In this document: piece by piece, positions 27,164 to 39,949 of the stretch
Layout: every line of letters starts with the position of its first letter
Numbering within the stretch: the first letter of the stretch is position 1
Source: Eledone cirrhosa
Taxonomy: Eukaryota
Direction: 5' to 3'
Assembly (NCBI GenBank): GCA_964016885.1
Contig: OZ024742.1
Coordinates: 81,716,001-81,780,000, forward strand
Length of the DNA: 64,000 nucleotides
The notes under the pieces: generated by a model
What the model saw: the letters and a program-made list of their open reading frames with translations, nothing else
Databases searched by the model: none
What the model was told of the DNA's origin: nothing
Translations under genes and position numbers: made by a program

Positions 27164-30100
27164 AAGCAGGCGGACGGACAGAGAAGAGGGGGGAAAAACT
27201 AAAACTTAAAAAACAAAAACTAAGTCAGACATTCGAACACTACATTACAATGAAACTTATGCTTACTCATTTTGGGGGCCCTTTCTGCCTGTGTGTTTGT
27301 TTGTTTATGTGTGTTCGTATACAGCGTGGTGATAATGCCACACAAGGGCCAAGTGGAATGGCGGATCCACAGATGGATATGTAACCATACATTCGCCAAT
27401 CCTCGATAAGAGTGTTTAAATATCGAACATAAACAGTTCGAATAACGGTGAAATGGAGACTAGAACGTCATGTGACAGACTCTCACCCAACAGGTGCCCC
27501 CTGGCTCAGCAGCAGGAACCTGACTGTCAACCAAATACTGCTGATGTTGGAGGAAGGAGAAGAAGGAAAGGGGCCAGAACCAACTGGACGAAAGAATTGA
27601 ATAGAACTGTTATGCAATGTTACCTGAAAAGTAACCCCAAGGAGAGGGGCTACAGGAGACGGATGCATAACATCTGGAACGAGATTGGTTTATTTAAATT
27701 AGATGAACAAAAATTGGCCGGGCAGGCCCGGGTAATAAGAACTAGTGGATGGATAAGCGAGCTGGAACTGGAGGAACTGAGCAGAGATAATGGCTTGGAG
27801 ATGGCGGGTGTAGTATGCCAGACAAGCGAGCCAGTGGGAAATGAAGGTGAAGAGGTCCTGAGAACGGAGGAACCACCCGAAGAAGACAATGATCTGAATA
27901 CTGAGATAAATAATACCTGGAACAGAGATACGGACACTGAGGAGATGAATGCTGACGGGCTGGGACAAGATTCGGTTGACATCCTAAATTTAGTGGTAGA
28001 TGAATTGAACAATGATAGTGGGAGACCTACGAACCTAAGATTTGTAGACAGGAAAAAGTTAAAAGAAACAACAGCTAAGGTAAACAAAGTCATCCCATAC
28101 CTTGAGGCGAGGAGCCTTCACCAGTGCAACAATATCCTCAAAGCAACAGCAAATACGGTGAGGAAACTACTTGGTATAAAAGCGAGAGGAAACAACAGAC
28201 AAGAAAGAGCAGAGCCGTGGTGGAAGAAGCGACTGAGTGGGTAAATCGGGGAAATGAGAAATGACATAGGAAAGCTTGAGTCACTACTGAATGGGACACT
28301 AAAAAACATAGGCACTAAAAATAGACTGGAAATAAAATACAAAACTAGGAGGAAAAAGCTAAATATTATCATAGAGGAACTGAAGCAACGCATTGTAGCA
28401 AAGAGTGCAAAAATCAGGCGATACGAGAACAGAGTCAGTCAGTATAAACAGAACCGCATGTTCGACAACAACCAGAAGATGCTGTTTGGACAGCTTGAGG
28501 GGAAAGAAAGAGGCAACGACTTGATCCCTGGGGCGGAGCAAACTAAAACATTCTGGAGAGGAATATGGGAGCAGGATGTTAGACACAATGCCCAGGCAGG
28601 GTGGATTGAGACAGTACAGAGGGAGATCGGTGAGCAGGCACAACAACAAACTGATTTGAGTATCATAGTTGAAACTCTTAAGGGGCAGGCCAAAAAACTA
28701 ACCAACTGGAAATCACCAGGCCCAGATGGTGTGCAGGGGTATTGGATTAAACATTTAACATCCCTCCACCCGAAGCTGACGGCCATGTTCAATGACTGCT
28801 TGGTGTCGGGTGAGGTGCCAGAGTGGTTGACAAAAGGTACCACAGTTCTGATAATGAAAGACCGAATCAAGGGTAATGATGTTACCAACTATAGACCTAT
28901 CACATGTCTGTCCGTAATGTGGAAACTGTTGACGAGCATTGTGTCTGAGGAAATCTACCATCACCTCCACACAAACAACTTGTTACCGGACGAACAGAAA
29001 GGATGCCGAAAGATGTCACGTGGTACAAAGGACCAGTTACTTATTGATAAGATGGTAATGGGGAATTGCAGGAGGAGACACACTGATCTTGCCATGGGAT
29101 GGATAGACTACAGAAAGGCATTTGACATGGTGCCTCATTCCTGGATCACCAAAAGCCTGGAGATCTTCAGGGTGGCAGATAACATCAGACAGTTGCTAGG
29201 CAGGAGTATGGGGTCCTGGGAGACAGAGTTGACATCAACTGGATTATCCTTGGGAAACGTGAAGATCAAGAGAGGTATCTTCCAGGGAGATAGCCTGTCC
29301 CCTCTGTTGTTTGTCCTTGCCCTGATACCCTTGACCATTATGCTGCGAAAAGTGAGAGCAGGATACAAGTTGGGAAGGGGAGAGCTTACCATCAATCACC
29401 TCCTCTTCATGGACGATCTTAAGCTCTTCGGGAAAAGTGAGAAGGAGTTGGATGTGCTTGTTGACACTGTCCGTATTTTCAGCAGTGATATATGTATGCA
29501 GTTTGGTATTGGTAAATGTGGAGTCATTGTGATGAAGAGGGGTAGGTTGAGCAGAAGTAACGGGATCCAGATACCAACAGGTGAGATGATAAAGGAAATT
29601 GACTCTGAGGAAGGATACAAGTATTTGGGCGTTCTGGAGGCTGATGGCATAAAGAACAAAAACATGAAGGAATTGTTAAGAACTGAATACATTCGTAGAG
29701 TAAGGAGCGTATTGAAGTCACATCTGAACAGCAGAAATGCCATAAGCGCAGTAAATTCCCGAGCTGTGTCCATTATTATGTACAGTGCGGGAATTCTGAG
29801 ATGGAATGTTGCTGAACAAAAAGAAATGGATAGGAAGACTAGGAAGCTATTGACTATCTACAACATGTTCCACAAGAGGAGTGATGTCGATAGACTCTAC
29901 CTAAGGAGATCTGAGGGTGGAAGAGGTCTTATCAGCATAGAGGACTGTGTTCAGATGGAGAAAAACAACCTATACAAATACGTGACCTATAGTAAGGAGC
30001 CAATGCTCAGAACTGTACTGAAGGAGGGGACAGTAGGCCAGGGGATGTCCAAGGAGGAAATAACATCAAGGAGGAAGAGCAGCCTTAAGGGAAAATCCCT

Positions 30101-30919
30101 TCATAGTACCTTCTTTGAGAAAACTGAATTTAGAGATCCACAGACATGGAACTGGTTGAGAAGAGGAGACCTCAAAAAGGCTACAGAAGGAATGCTAATG
30201 GCTGCGCAGGAGCAGGCCCTCAAAACGAAGTGGTTGAAGCACCATATCTACAAGGAGGAGGCTAGCCCACTGTGCAGGATCTGTGGAGAGAGAGAGGAGA
30301 CTGTGGCTCACATTGTGTCCGAGTGTAAACACCTAGCCCAGACCCACTATAAGGGCTGGAGACACGATGTGATGGGCAGGGTGATCCACTGGCACCTGTG
30401 CAAAGTAAACAATTTACCACATTCTGAGAAATGGTATGAGCATAGGCCAGAGGCGGTGATGGAGAACAATCAGGTGAAGGTGCTGTGGGATTTTAGGATA
30501 CAGACGGACAAAAAACTGGAACACAATAGACCTGACCTGGTGGTTGTGGACAAAGAAAAAAGATCGTGTCTGATTGTGGATGTGGCCTGCCCGTTCGACA
30601 CGAGAGTGCAAGAGAAGGAGAGGGAGAAAATTAACCGATACCAGGACCTAAAGTGGGAGGTGAAAAGGATTTGGAACTGCCATGAAGTCAAAGTGATCCC
30701 GATTGTCATAGGCGCACTGGGGACTATCTCCAAAAGTTTCCAGGGATGGTTAAAGAAAATCGGCCCCTTCACGCTTTTTGGAACGCTTCAAAAGGCATGC
30801 TTGCTTGGAACAGCAAGAACCCTCCGATACGTCCTGAATATCTGAGGCTGCAGGTAGTGGCTTGATATTCAATCCAACGGACTTTCCAGTTAACCAAGAT
30901 CAATGACTGAGATTCAAGG
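27164..30919 (+). mobile_element. Near-intact R4/Dong-clade non-LTR retrotransposon flanked by (AAT)n
   Basis: Single long reading frame 27453-30845 broken only by TAA at 28242-28244. (AAT)n at 27127-27163 and 30920-30997. Confidence 0.95.
28254..30845 (+). CDS. RT + CCHC + restriction-like endonuclease polyprotein of the Dong/R4 element (863-aa open part; in frame with 27453-28244)
   Basis: KSPGPDG, YRPITCL, IDYRKAFD, GIFQGDSLSPLLF, HLLFMDDLKL, YKYLG, CRICGEREETVAHIVSEC, RHD, RPDLVV..IVDVACP..EKINRY. Confidence 0.92.
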   Translation: MRNDIGKLESLLNGTLKNIGTKNRLEIKYKTRRKKLNIIIEELKQRIVAKSAKIRRYENRVSQYKQNRMFDNNQKMLFGQLEGKERGNDLIPGAEQTKTFWRGIWEQDVRHNAQAGWIETVQREIGEQAQQQTDLSIIVETLKGQAKKLTNWKSPGPDGVQGYWIKHLTSLHPKLTAMFNDCLVSGEVPEWLTKGTTVLIMKDRIKGNDVTNYRPITCLSVMWKLLTSIVSEEIYHHLHTNNLLPDEQKGCRKMSRGTKDQLLIDKMVMGNCRRRHTDLAMGWIDYRKAFDMVPHSWITKSLEIFRVADNIRQLLGRSMGSWETELTSTGLSLGNVKIKRGIFQGDSLSPLLFVLALIPLTIMLRKVRAGYKLGRGELTINHLLFMDDLKLFGKSEKELDVLVDTVRIFSSDICMQFGIGKCGVIVMKRGRLSRSNGIQIPTGEMIKEIDSEEGYKYLGVLEADGIKNKNMKELLRTEYIRRVRSVLKSHLNSRNAISAVNSRAVSIIMYSAGILRWNVAEQKEMDRKTRKLLTIYNMFHKRSDVDRLYLRRSEGGRGLISIEDCVQMEKNNLYKYVTYSKEPMLRTVLKEGTVGQGMSKEEITSRRKSSLKGKSLHSTFFEKTEFRDPQTWNWLRRGDLKKATEGMLMAAQEQALKTKWLKHHIYKEEASPLCRICGEREETVAHIVSECKHLAQTHYKGWRHDVMGRVIHWHLCKVNNLPHSEKWYEHRPEAVMENNQVKVLWDFRIQTDKKLEHNRPDLVVVDKEKRSCLIVDVACPFDTRVQEKEREKINRYQDLKWEVKRIWNCHEVKVIPIVIGALGTISKSFQGWLKKIGPFTLFGTLQKACLLGTARTLRYVLNI

Positions 30920-30928
30920 AATAACAAC

Positions 30929-30997
<69 letters not shown>

Positions 30998-30999
<2 letters not shown>

Positions 31000-33900
31000 T
31001 TTCTTTATTGGCCACAAGGGCTGACATCAAGAAAAACATCACAGGCGGAATAGGACGGTACGATGTGGGTTTTGTTCGTGTAAATATTTTTATTATTTAT
31101 ATAAAAAAGAAAAAAGACATAAAACATATATATATATAAACAATAAAATAAAAATTCAAACAATGAAAAATTCCCCAATAGGGGGGAAACCTACGAGGGT
31201 AACTCGTGGCGAAAACCACACAAAAGACCAAGGCCACCCTGACTACCAGGGCAAGCGCCCTCTCTCACTTTTTCCATCACTCAAACTACATTCACCCACC
31301 TTTCAACAAACTTGCTAGAAAGCAGCCCTTGCCTCTCCACCCTGATTTTCCTCTTTAAGTGCAACCTGAAAAAGTTAATCAGGGATTCGCCGAAGAGGAA
31401 AGTGTTTGTCTTTAATCCTTTTAACCTTGTCCACCACACAATCTCTTTCGCCATGGCCACCAGGCAGATGAAAACCGCCTGCCCTTCCTCCTCAAAGGAA
31501 GACGGCGAGACCTTCAGCACAATGGACTCAGTCGACAACCGGATCAGTCCCACACGTGACAGCAACTGTTCGACATAGCTCCACAAGTCAGCAATGCTCG
31601 GGCACTGAACGAGTGCGTGCACAACGGTTTCGTCTCTATGCGCGCATCTCGGACAGGCTCGGCTGACGGCACTTCCGTGCCTGTAGAGCTTATCTCGAAC
31701 CGGCAGCGCTCCCCGGTAGCACTGCCAGGCCAGGGATTTTTGGAAGTTATCCATAGGGCCCGGGCTGAAAGTTCTCCGGAAGAGAGAAAGCAGCTGAATT
31801 CTTCGACACCCAGGATCTCTCCGAGAACGTCGTCGCTCTTCTCGCTCTTCCCCTCCACTAGTCCTCTATAGAACGCCGAGGTGGATGTTCCATCGATACT
31901 GGTGCCCACCTGGGAGAGGGCAGTGAGCGCCTGGAGACATTCCAGTTTCCAAGCGCTATCCCACGGTCTTCTTCTGACCCAGGACTGCAGCTCCGTCATC
32001 AAGGAGACGAGCTGTGGGAAAATGTGCCAGGCGAACGGCGACCACACCCGTTCACCATCAAGGAAGCACCAGAGATGTCGCAGCCTCAGCGCATGTTTGC
32101 GCATCATCAGCCACGGCATGCCCAATCCTCTACGCAACGGGTGTTGGCAGCAGATGGATTGTCTGACCATGAGAGCGCCTCCCTTCCATAAAAAGCGGAA
32201 GAGAATGCGCTCCATTTTGGTGAGAGTTGGGCTGGTGCAAGGGACGACGGTGAGGCGGTAGCAGATGACTGATGCGATGTACGCATTCGCCACTTCCGCC
32301 CGGCCTTTCAGGGACAGCTTCCTCTCAGCCAATTTCTGGGGGAGGGAGGCCACCGTGTTCGTCACCTCGTTCCAGTTTTTCTCCATCTGGAGGTCCAGTC
32401 CGAAACAGACCCCGAACAATTTAACCGGTCCGTCCGTCCAACGCCCCACGACGCTGTCGGACGGCATGGACTTGCTTCTCCAGGTGCCTAGCTGCAAGCC
32501 TACCGACTTTTCCTGCTTTATCTTTGCTCCTGTCACCGATTTGGATTCCTTGAGAGAGGTGCCGTGCATCTGGACGCGTCTGGTGCTCGACACCACCACG
32601 GTGACGTCGTCACCGAAAGCCGACTTGGATTTCCCGCATCCTAGTTCGCGTGGGACGACCCTCATCGCCCGCAGTTTGTGCAGTAACGGCTCCAGAGCCA
32701 ATACGTACAAGAGGGACGAGAGGGGACAACCCTAGCGGCTGAGCGCATGATGCTGAACGGCTGCGACAGGTGACCGTTCACCCTCACAACTGAGCAGATG
32801 TCGCTGTACATTGCTGCGATCCAACGCCTGAAAACGGGCTCGAAACCGGCTGCCTCGAGGACCACCGCCAGGTACCGATGGTCGAACCTATCGAATGCTT
32901 TGGATTGATCCAAATTGATCACGGTCCCACCCTTGCCAAGTTCCTTAACGACCCTCTCTATGATGTATCGCCTGAGGTGGAGGTTGTCGTGTATGGATCT
33001 GTCCGGGATGGCGCATGTCTGCGCCTCTCCCACCAGATCCTTGACGACAAGCGCCAACCTCGTTGCTAACACCTTGGCCAAAATCTTGAACTCTGCGTTT
33101 AGCAGAGTTATGGGCCTGAAATTATCAATAACATCCCCCTTGTTCGGGTCTTTTCTCAGCAGCGCCACTGCTCCCCGGGTCACAAGACTGGGAATGCTCC
33201 CGTTCTGCTGCCAGTTGCAGTAGGCGTCTGCCAAGAGGTCAACGAACAAGACTGGCATAAATGAATAAAGCTCGTAGGGCAGACCATCTAAACCTGGCGA
33301 TTTACCTCTTGTGCAGTTAGCCATCGCTTCCTGTATTTCACCGGCTGTTATTGGATTTTCGCAACACTGTGCTGCGGTCGTCGAGAGCCGAGGCAGTTCG
33401 TCGAGGTATGCACTGAAGTCCATGTCCCGATCCGGGCCATCGCTGCTCCCGAACAGTTCAGCAAAGTGCTGCTGAAAAGCTTCACACATCCGCTCGGGTT
33501 CGAGCATCACGCACCCGTTTTGGTCAGACAAAGACCGAATTGTGGCTTTATTGCCACGTCGCGCCTCTGCCACCCGGGCCCATTGGACGGCTTTTGTCCC
33601 CTCGTGTTTGAGGGCACGCGCTCTAGCTCTGACAACGCAGCCTACGTGTTTTGCCTTGAAGAATTGGTCGAGTGCCAATCTCGCCGCAAGCACGAAGTCT
33701 GTCTATGTCGATCTCACAGATCACAGATTTGTGGTCTGTGTAGTCGACTATTTTAAATTGTGGACAACTTATACTAGCCTTTTCTAGTTCCCTGCAGAAA
33801 ACCGTATCTAGATACGATCTGGATGACCCGATGCGGTTTGTCCATGTCCAAATTGGCACATTCGGGTGATCCAGTCAATACCTGTCAGACAGTTCAAAAC

Positions 33901-36624
33901 GTCTGAGTAGGTTGGTGAGGCTATTGCACCCTCCTCCCCTATCCACTAGCCCCACACGATCCCAGCGTGTATCCAAGATACCGTTCCAGTCGCCCACTAA
34001 CACTAAAGAGCTGGACGTTCCAAGAAAGCTCTCTAGACGTCTGAAGAAATCTGGCCATCCTGCCCCTGTTAGGGTGTAGACGGCTACTAGCCTGAAAGCA
34101 TTGCCTTCGCTGCCGGTCACGTCCAGCACCACCGACTTACCTACTGGGTCCAGGAAGATGGCCCGTATCGTGAGATCCAAGCCTCTCCGAAAAAGGACGT
34201 CAACCCCTCCCACGATCCTGGACGGCTGGGAGATGCGTATACATAGTAGCCGCCGAAGATCCGTGCGAAGGCCCGTGTCTCGGAGATTCTGGTCTCACTG
34301 AGGGCCACCACATCTATGTTTAGTGACCTGAGGTCATTGAGCAGGTGACCCTGCTTCCAAGATGACCCCAGGCCACGTGCATTTATACTGCCTATTCTGA
34401 GTACAGCCATGTTGGATGAGAAACGGGGCAAATGAGATAGGGTCACTTACCTTGTTCATGTGGTGAAGGGACAGTAGAACCGCCCCTTTCGCTGGTCATG
34501 GGTGTTTCCAAGAGGATGTCAGTGTATATCCTCTTGGTAACCGTCCCCCTGAAGTCTCCAACTGCGTTGGGGAATTTTTGTTTTAAAGGTTTGTATTGTT
34601 CTAATGAGATTTCGATGATGCTTATGTTTGTCGGGAGAGTTCTTGGTGTTGGTGGGGTATAGTAATTTGTTTCCGTGATGTCTGTGTGCTGCTTTATATA
34701 TTTTATGAGTTCTTTTTTTGCTATGTTTATGGCTGTGTACTTTTGGGGGGGAGGGGTGATTTTTTTGCCGTTTTCTTCTTGTTGCTGTTTGGTGTGTGTG
34801 TCTTGTTGTGTTTGTGTTGTTTGTGTTTGTGGTGGTGTTGCTGCAAGTTTCCTTGCTGCCTTTACCTCTCTTTGTATGCCTTCGCCTTTGGAGGGTGAAT
34901 CTAAGGTTTTGTTTGTTTTCTGTTTTTTGTGGGAGACTGTTTGCCACGTTACTCCCGCCTCAAACTCCATGTCGGATTATGTGGCGTCTGGGAGGGTATG
35001 TGCTCCACGGCTGTTGGTGGTGGTAGTTGAGCCCTCTTCGGCAATGTTGTTGCTGGTGTAGCTATTTCAAATGTAGCTATTGGTGTTGCCGCTACTGATG
35101 ATGCTGCTTTAATTATCCGTGGCCTTGGTACGGGTGCTACGGACGTTGACCTCCTACTCACCGTGGAAGGGGCTTCTTCGTTTGTTGCCTGTCCTGCTCT
35201 TGGTAGCAGCGGACCAGGTATTGGAAGGAGAGGGGCCCTCTTCGGTGTCTTCTGCGGGCAAAAGGCCCTGAGGTGACCTTTCGACCCACAGAGATAACAT
35301 TTTGGCCGTCTTCCTTCTACACTTATAGGGAGTTGGAGTCCTACCTTAAAGTCTATGATATCGGGGATAGCCTCGATACATTCCTGGTCAGTTTGTATAC
35401 GCATTTGCATGCCTATACCTGACCAGTTCTATCTCCCTATTTTTCCACTTGCAGCATGGTCGCCCTGTTCTCAATTCCAGCAAGGACAGACGCGGCCAGC
35501 CAAGGTATGGGCACGTCGGGTGGGACCTGGGTCACTTTGACCCTCACGATTTTCTGCCCGCAGTAGGAGGGCACCAAAACTAACTCCTCACTCTTTAGGG
35601 TTTCCAAAGAGTGAGACTTTGCTTCCTGGGGGGTGGTAAAAAGTACGTCTACTGTGGCGTACTTTCTGCCTCGGGTGATGTGGGTTTTGCGTGCCCAGAC
35701 GCACCCCAAGGCCTTTTGGATTTGAGCCTCCGTGGCTCTCTTCACTCGATGTGAGATGTTGCTCAGGTTGCGGTAAATCACCGTTCGTAGCTGCTGGTCC
35801 TTGAAAAAATCGGGTGGAGGTTTCAGGGAAACTCTATTTGAGCTCCTGTCACCATGGCCCTTGCTACTGCCATCTCCTCCTCTGTGACTAACACTGTCTC
35901 GATATTTCGGGCGACACCTGCAAAAGAAGTGGTCCCTTTTTCAGCAGCACCACTATTGCTGCCGCTACTGGTCTTACTGGTGGTGCTGAGTTCGCTATTA
36001 CAGGTATTGGTGTCATTGTTGTTCTTTTCGCTGGTACAGTTGTTGGTGTTGTTTTGGTTGATACTGTTGCTGCTGTTACTGTTATTGTGGCTGTTGTTAT
36101 TGTTGTTTTTGTTGATACTGTTCCTACTATTATTGTTGTTGTGGCTGTTGATATTGTCATTGTTATTGTCGTTCTCGACCTTACCGCTGTTATTTTTGTT
36201 ATTGTCGTTCTCGACTTTACCGCTGCTATTTTTGGTGTTGTTTTTGGTGATGTTGTTGGTGTTATTGTTGGTGTTGTTTGTGTTAGAAATATTTGTTAAT
36301 TTTAAATCTGTAACAATCTTTTTTTCCTTTGTAATATTTTCGTTTATATTTACCTCTGCTGGAACGCTGTCTTGTTGACAGCGCTCTCTCTCTTTTTTGT
36401 GTTATCCATGTTGAAATTTTTCAAAAAAATATTTTTACACAAATACGAATACGACACCCCGTAAAGGGGTGCCGTATTATTTACTAGTGAACCCCTGTAT
36501 TAGGTGGGTCACCTTTCTAAACTTTTATCAGATTTAAAACTTGAATAAAAGGTTTAGAACGGTTGTAAAAGAAGTAAAACGTTGAAAAAGACTGGAGGCG
36601 ATAAGAAGCGTGGCTTCACCAACC
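30998..36624 (-). mobile_element. Near full-length Tx1/L1-clade element, second subfamily, with small ORF2 deletion near 33690
   Basis: ORF1 from ATG ~36409 (Thr-rich, CYLCGSKGHLRAFC) to 34443. ORF2 MAVLRIGSINARGL (34410) through RT to 31281. (AAT)n at both ends. Confidence 0.95.
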
Positions 36625-36648
36625 AATAATAATAATAATAATAATAAT

Positions 36649-37285
36649 TGAATTAAAAGTATAACATCCCTCTACCCGAAACTGACAACCATGTTCAAGG
36701 AGGAGGCTAGCCCACTGTGTAGGATCTGTGGAGAGAGGAGACTGGCTCACATTGTATCCACTGGCACTTATGCAAAGTAAACAATTTACCAAATTCTGAG
36801 AAGTGGTATGAGCATAAGCCAGAGTCGGTGATGGAAAATGATCAGGTGAAGGTGCTGTGGGATTTTAGGATACAGACGGACAAGAAACTGGAACACAATA
36901 TACCTGACCTGGTGGTTTGGGACAAGGAAAAAAGTTCGTGCCTGATTGTGGATGTAGCCTGCCCATTCGACACGAGAGGGTAAAAAAAGGAGAGGGATAA
37001 AATTAACCGATACCATGATTTAAAATGGGAGTTAAAAAGGATTTGAAACTGCCACGAAATCAAGATCGTCCCGATTGTCATAGGCGCACTAGTTACTATC
37101 TCAAATAGTTTCCAAGGATGGTTAAAGAAGGTTAGTCCAGCCCCGCTTTTTGGAGCACTTCAAAAGGCATGCTTGCTGAGAACAGCAAGTACCCTCCGAT
37201 AGTTCCTGAATATCTGATGCTGCAGTTAGCGGCTTGATATTTATTTCAACAAACTTAAATAACATCAATGACTGAGACTCAAAGA
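36649..37285 (+). mobile_element. Deleted Dong/R4 3-prime fragment
   Basis: Close nucleotide match to 30250-30920 with internal deletions. Ends in degenerate (AAT)n. Confidence 0.9.
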
Positions 37286-38039
37286 ACAATAATACTAATG
37301 ATAATAAATACAATATGTAAAGAATTTATATAATTAAATGTAGTTCAAAATGTTTCAGTAATAAATGTAGTCCAGAAAATACATAACTTTGACGCTATAA
37401 AATAATGTTTAAAAAGTGTAAAAAGCTATTGTGTCGCCCGCTTTTCTAAATGAATGCTTTTCTGAACTGTGTCTCTCATTGGTATATGAAATATTCATTT
37501 ACAATGATTTGTTTTTATTATCTTCCTTATATTTGTGATCGATAATCTTATGTAATATAACAAGTATATTGAAATGAACATACATGAAGGAGGAAATTCA
37601 TAGCGAAATACAGCCTAAATACAAAGAATATTTCTGTTTCAAAAATGTGTTAAAGTGTTGTAGTTATTTATATATGAAATTTTAAGAGGCAAGCAAAAAA
37701 TGAGCTCGCGATTCAAGTTTTTTTATCTTTATTTGAAAATAATATTTCATGGTTATTTCATCAAATGTATTATACATTTTAAAGAAAGTTTACTTTCTTC
37801 TGTCGAGTTTATATCTACTTAAATGAAGACATTTAAAATCTTATAATAAAGAAGTTAGCTATCTCTATGTACAATTTACAAAGTGTTTCAATATATATTT
37901 AGTGACAAGGATGTTGGTCGTGGTGATGGTGTTATGATGGAGGTGATAATGTTGATATTAATGGTGTTGACATGGTCACCCAGTAATATATGTCGGACTT
38001 ATCAAGTTGATGTTATCTCTATTTCACCCCGTCTCTCTC

Positions 38040-39890
38040 CCTCTTCCCATGTCTCACTATTATATGCAAACGGGAGTCCACGCGCTGGACGCCCCGCGGT
38101 CCCGGTGGACATAGAGACGGTGTTTCCCTGGAGGCACACAACAGTGAGTAGCCAACTCCGTGCCGATGGTGGTGAGCGAGTAGTTGGTCTTAGGGCCAAG
38201 GACACTGCATATTTCCACTGCAAAGAGCTCGATCGCAAACCTGTCAGACAGCGACCGATGTTTGGAGATTTGTCCTTTTCAACCCGAAGTGCATCAGATA
38301 CTGGATAGTCGCAGATTTCAAGGTTGCCACTGCAGAAAGTGTCACTCCATGTGACATCCTAGAGGATTGGTTTACTGACGCGGTACGGTCATGCCTTCTG
38401 GCTTTTTTCCGTCACCTAGTTAAAGCCCCACAGGCATTGGGTGGGAGAGTAAGCCTGCAGCACCCGAGACATGCTTTATGATCTCGCTGGGGGCAGCATT
38501 GCCTGGAAGGCGGTCAGCAATAGGACAGCGGGTGGAACCCGAAAGCAAATACACTGGATCCTCTGAGATATTTGTGTAGCTCGCATATCCGTAAGCCGAG
38601 TCTCATGGAAACCCTGATACACAGGCTATCGTTTTCCAGTTGCATACTAACTGAAAAAGAGGGTTAGACATTGGTCAATACACTGCTATTGGACTGCGTG
38701 GCCGAACCTACATATGCGAGGCTATGCTGGGCGAGTTAGCGCGCTAGTCTGTCCGAAGCTATTCCACAATGGATGGCATCATATATGTTCTGGAGGAATT
38801 TGAAGGCTACACAGTGAAGATGAGGAGGGACATCAAAGTGCACTGTCCGCGTCGGTTCCAAGTCTCGCAGTCGTCCACTCTTTACTCGAACACAACTGGT
38901 CCCATTTTGTTGTGGAGAACCCTGTTGATAAAGCTACTACAAGAAGTTACTAACGACGGAAACGCCGGCAAAGCCACAGACCTGAGATCAGAGACCTTAT
39001 GTCACCGTTTGTAACGAGTAAAATAGCCTCTTTTCCGTCCAAAGTCGCCAAATCTGACGTTGCATATCTTCTCAGCTGGCACATGGATACAAGTCTCGAG
39101 GTCAGTAAGGAGACATGCGTGTATGTATCAAGGATACCTATGAAATGTGTAGAGGAGCTTTGGCATGGCGAAGAAGTCCCTCAGCAGGACGAGGGAGGGA
39201 TGATGATTAATCAGGTCCAGTATACTAGTAAGGGTCGTGAGCCGGTGGTACTTGGGTCTGATGGTGGAGCGGATGACAGGTGGGAGGGTCGGCGACCCGA
39301 GGATGAGGACACTTTCCTTTCCGGTCACCTGCACCTAACGAAGAATGGATTGCACATCCCAGACTGAGGCTTCAAAGCCATCTGGGTCGTCGTTGACATT
39401 TACCACCTCCGACTTGGACGTGTTGACTTTGCGGCGCTGAAGGGATAATCGTGTCAGCAGCAAGGGGCATGCTTCCTATTTCATAAGGCCAATATCCCAG
39501 CGTGTAGGCAATGCGTAATCATCTGAGACAGGCCTCGAGCAGATGATAACGGCATAGACAGTTAAAGACATTCTTCATGAAGCTTGACAATGAGTCCCTT
39601 GGCGTCTCTTGATACAGATTCCTAATGGCAATCTTTGAAGAACTGACTAGCTGCGTGTGTGGCCCACTAACACACAAAGTACACGCCAACTTCTAATTGC
39701 ACCGAGCTGAGCTATTCGCCTAGCATCTGTCAGCGTCTGATTTCGGGAGACCGGGGGCGTTCATGGTGAAATATGAAAAGACGCTCCATGTCAATAGCCT
39801 GATTAGAGTTCAATGCCCTCTCGATTGAGGATACAAGGGCTCCGACCATCGGCAGCCGGGCAGTTTACGGGCACCACTTGAGCGGAATCT
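38040..39890 (-). mobile_element. Decayed CRE-clade RLE non-LTR retrotransposon
   Basis: Minus strand: VNTSKSE, VLILGSP, LVLLRDFFAMPKLLYTF, GDGKKPEGMT, (W)DVTWSDT, KHRSL..RF....FAVE...VLGP, VQR. This follows the CRE-type RT-thumb/RLE motif order. Confidence 0.7.
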
Positions 39891-39949
39891 TACGGAGCTG
39901 CCTGAATGCCTAATCTGAAATATTGATATAAAATGCATCTATAGTCAAA

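Noticed and set aside
27164-27452. Possible HDV-like ribozyme in the Dong 5-prime UTR
   Set aside because: I could not assemble the nested double pseudoknot by eye.
38100-38270. Initial impression of an LTR integrase core
   Set aside because: Upstream DGK.P.G and DVT..DT motifs and the FAVE..VLGP pattern fit a CRE-type RLE domain better.
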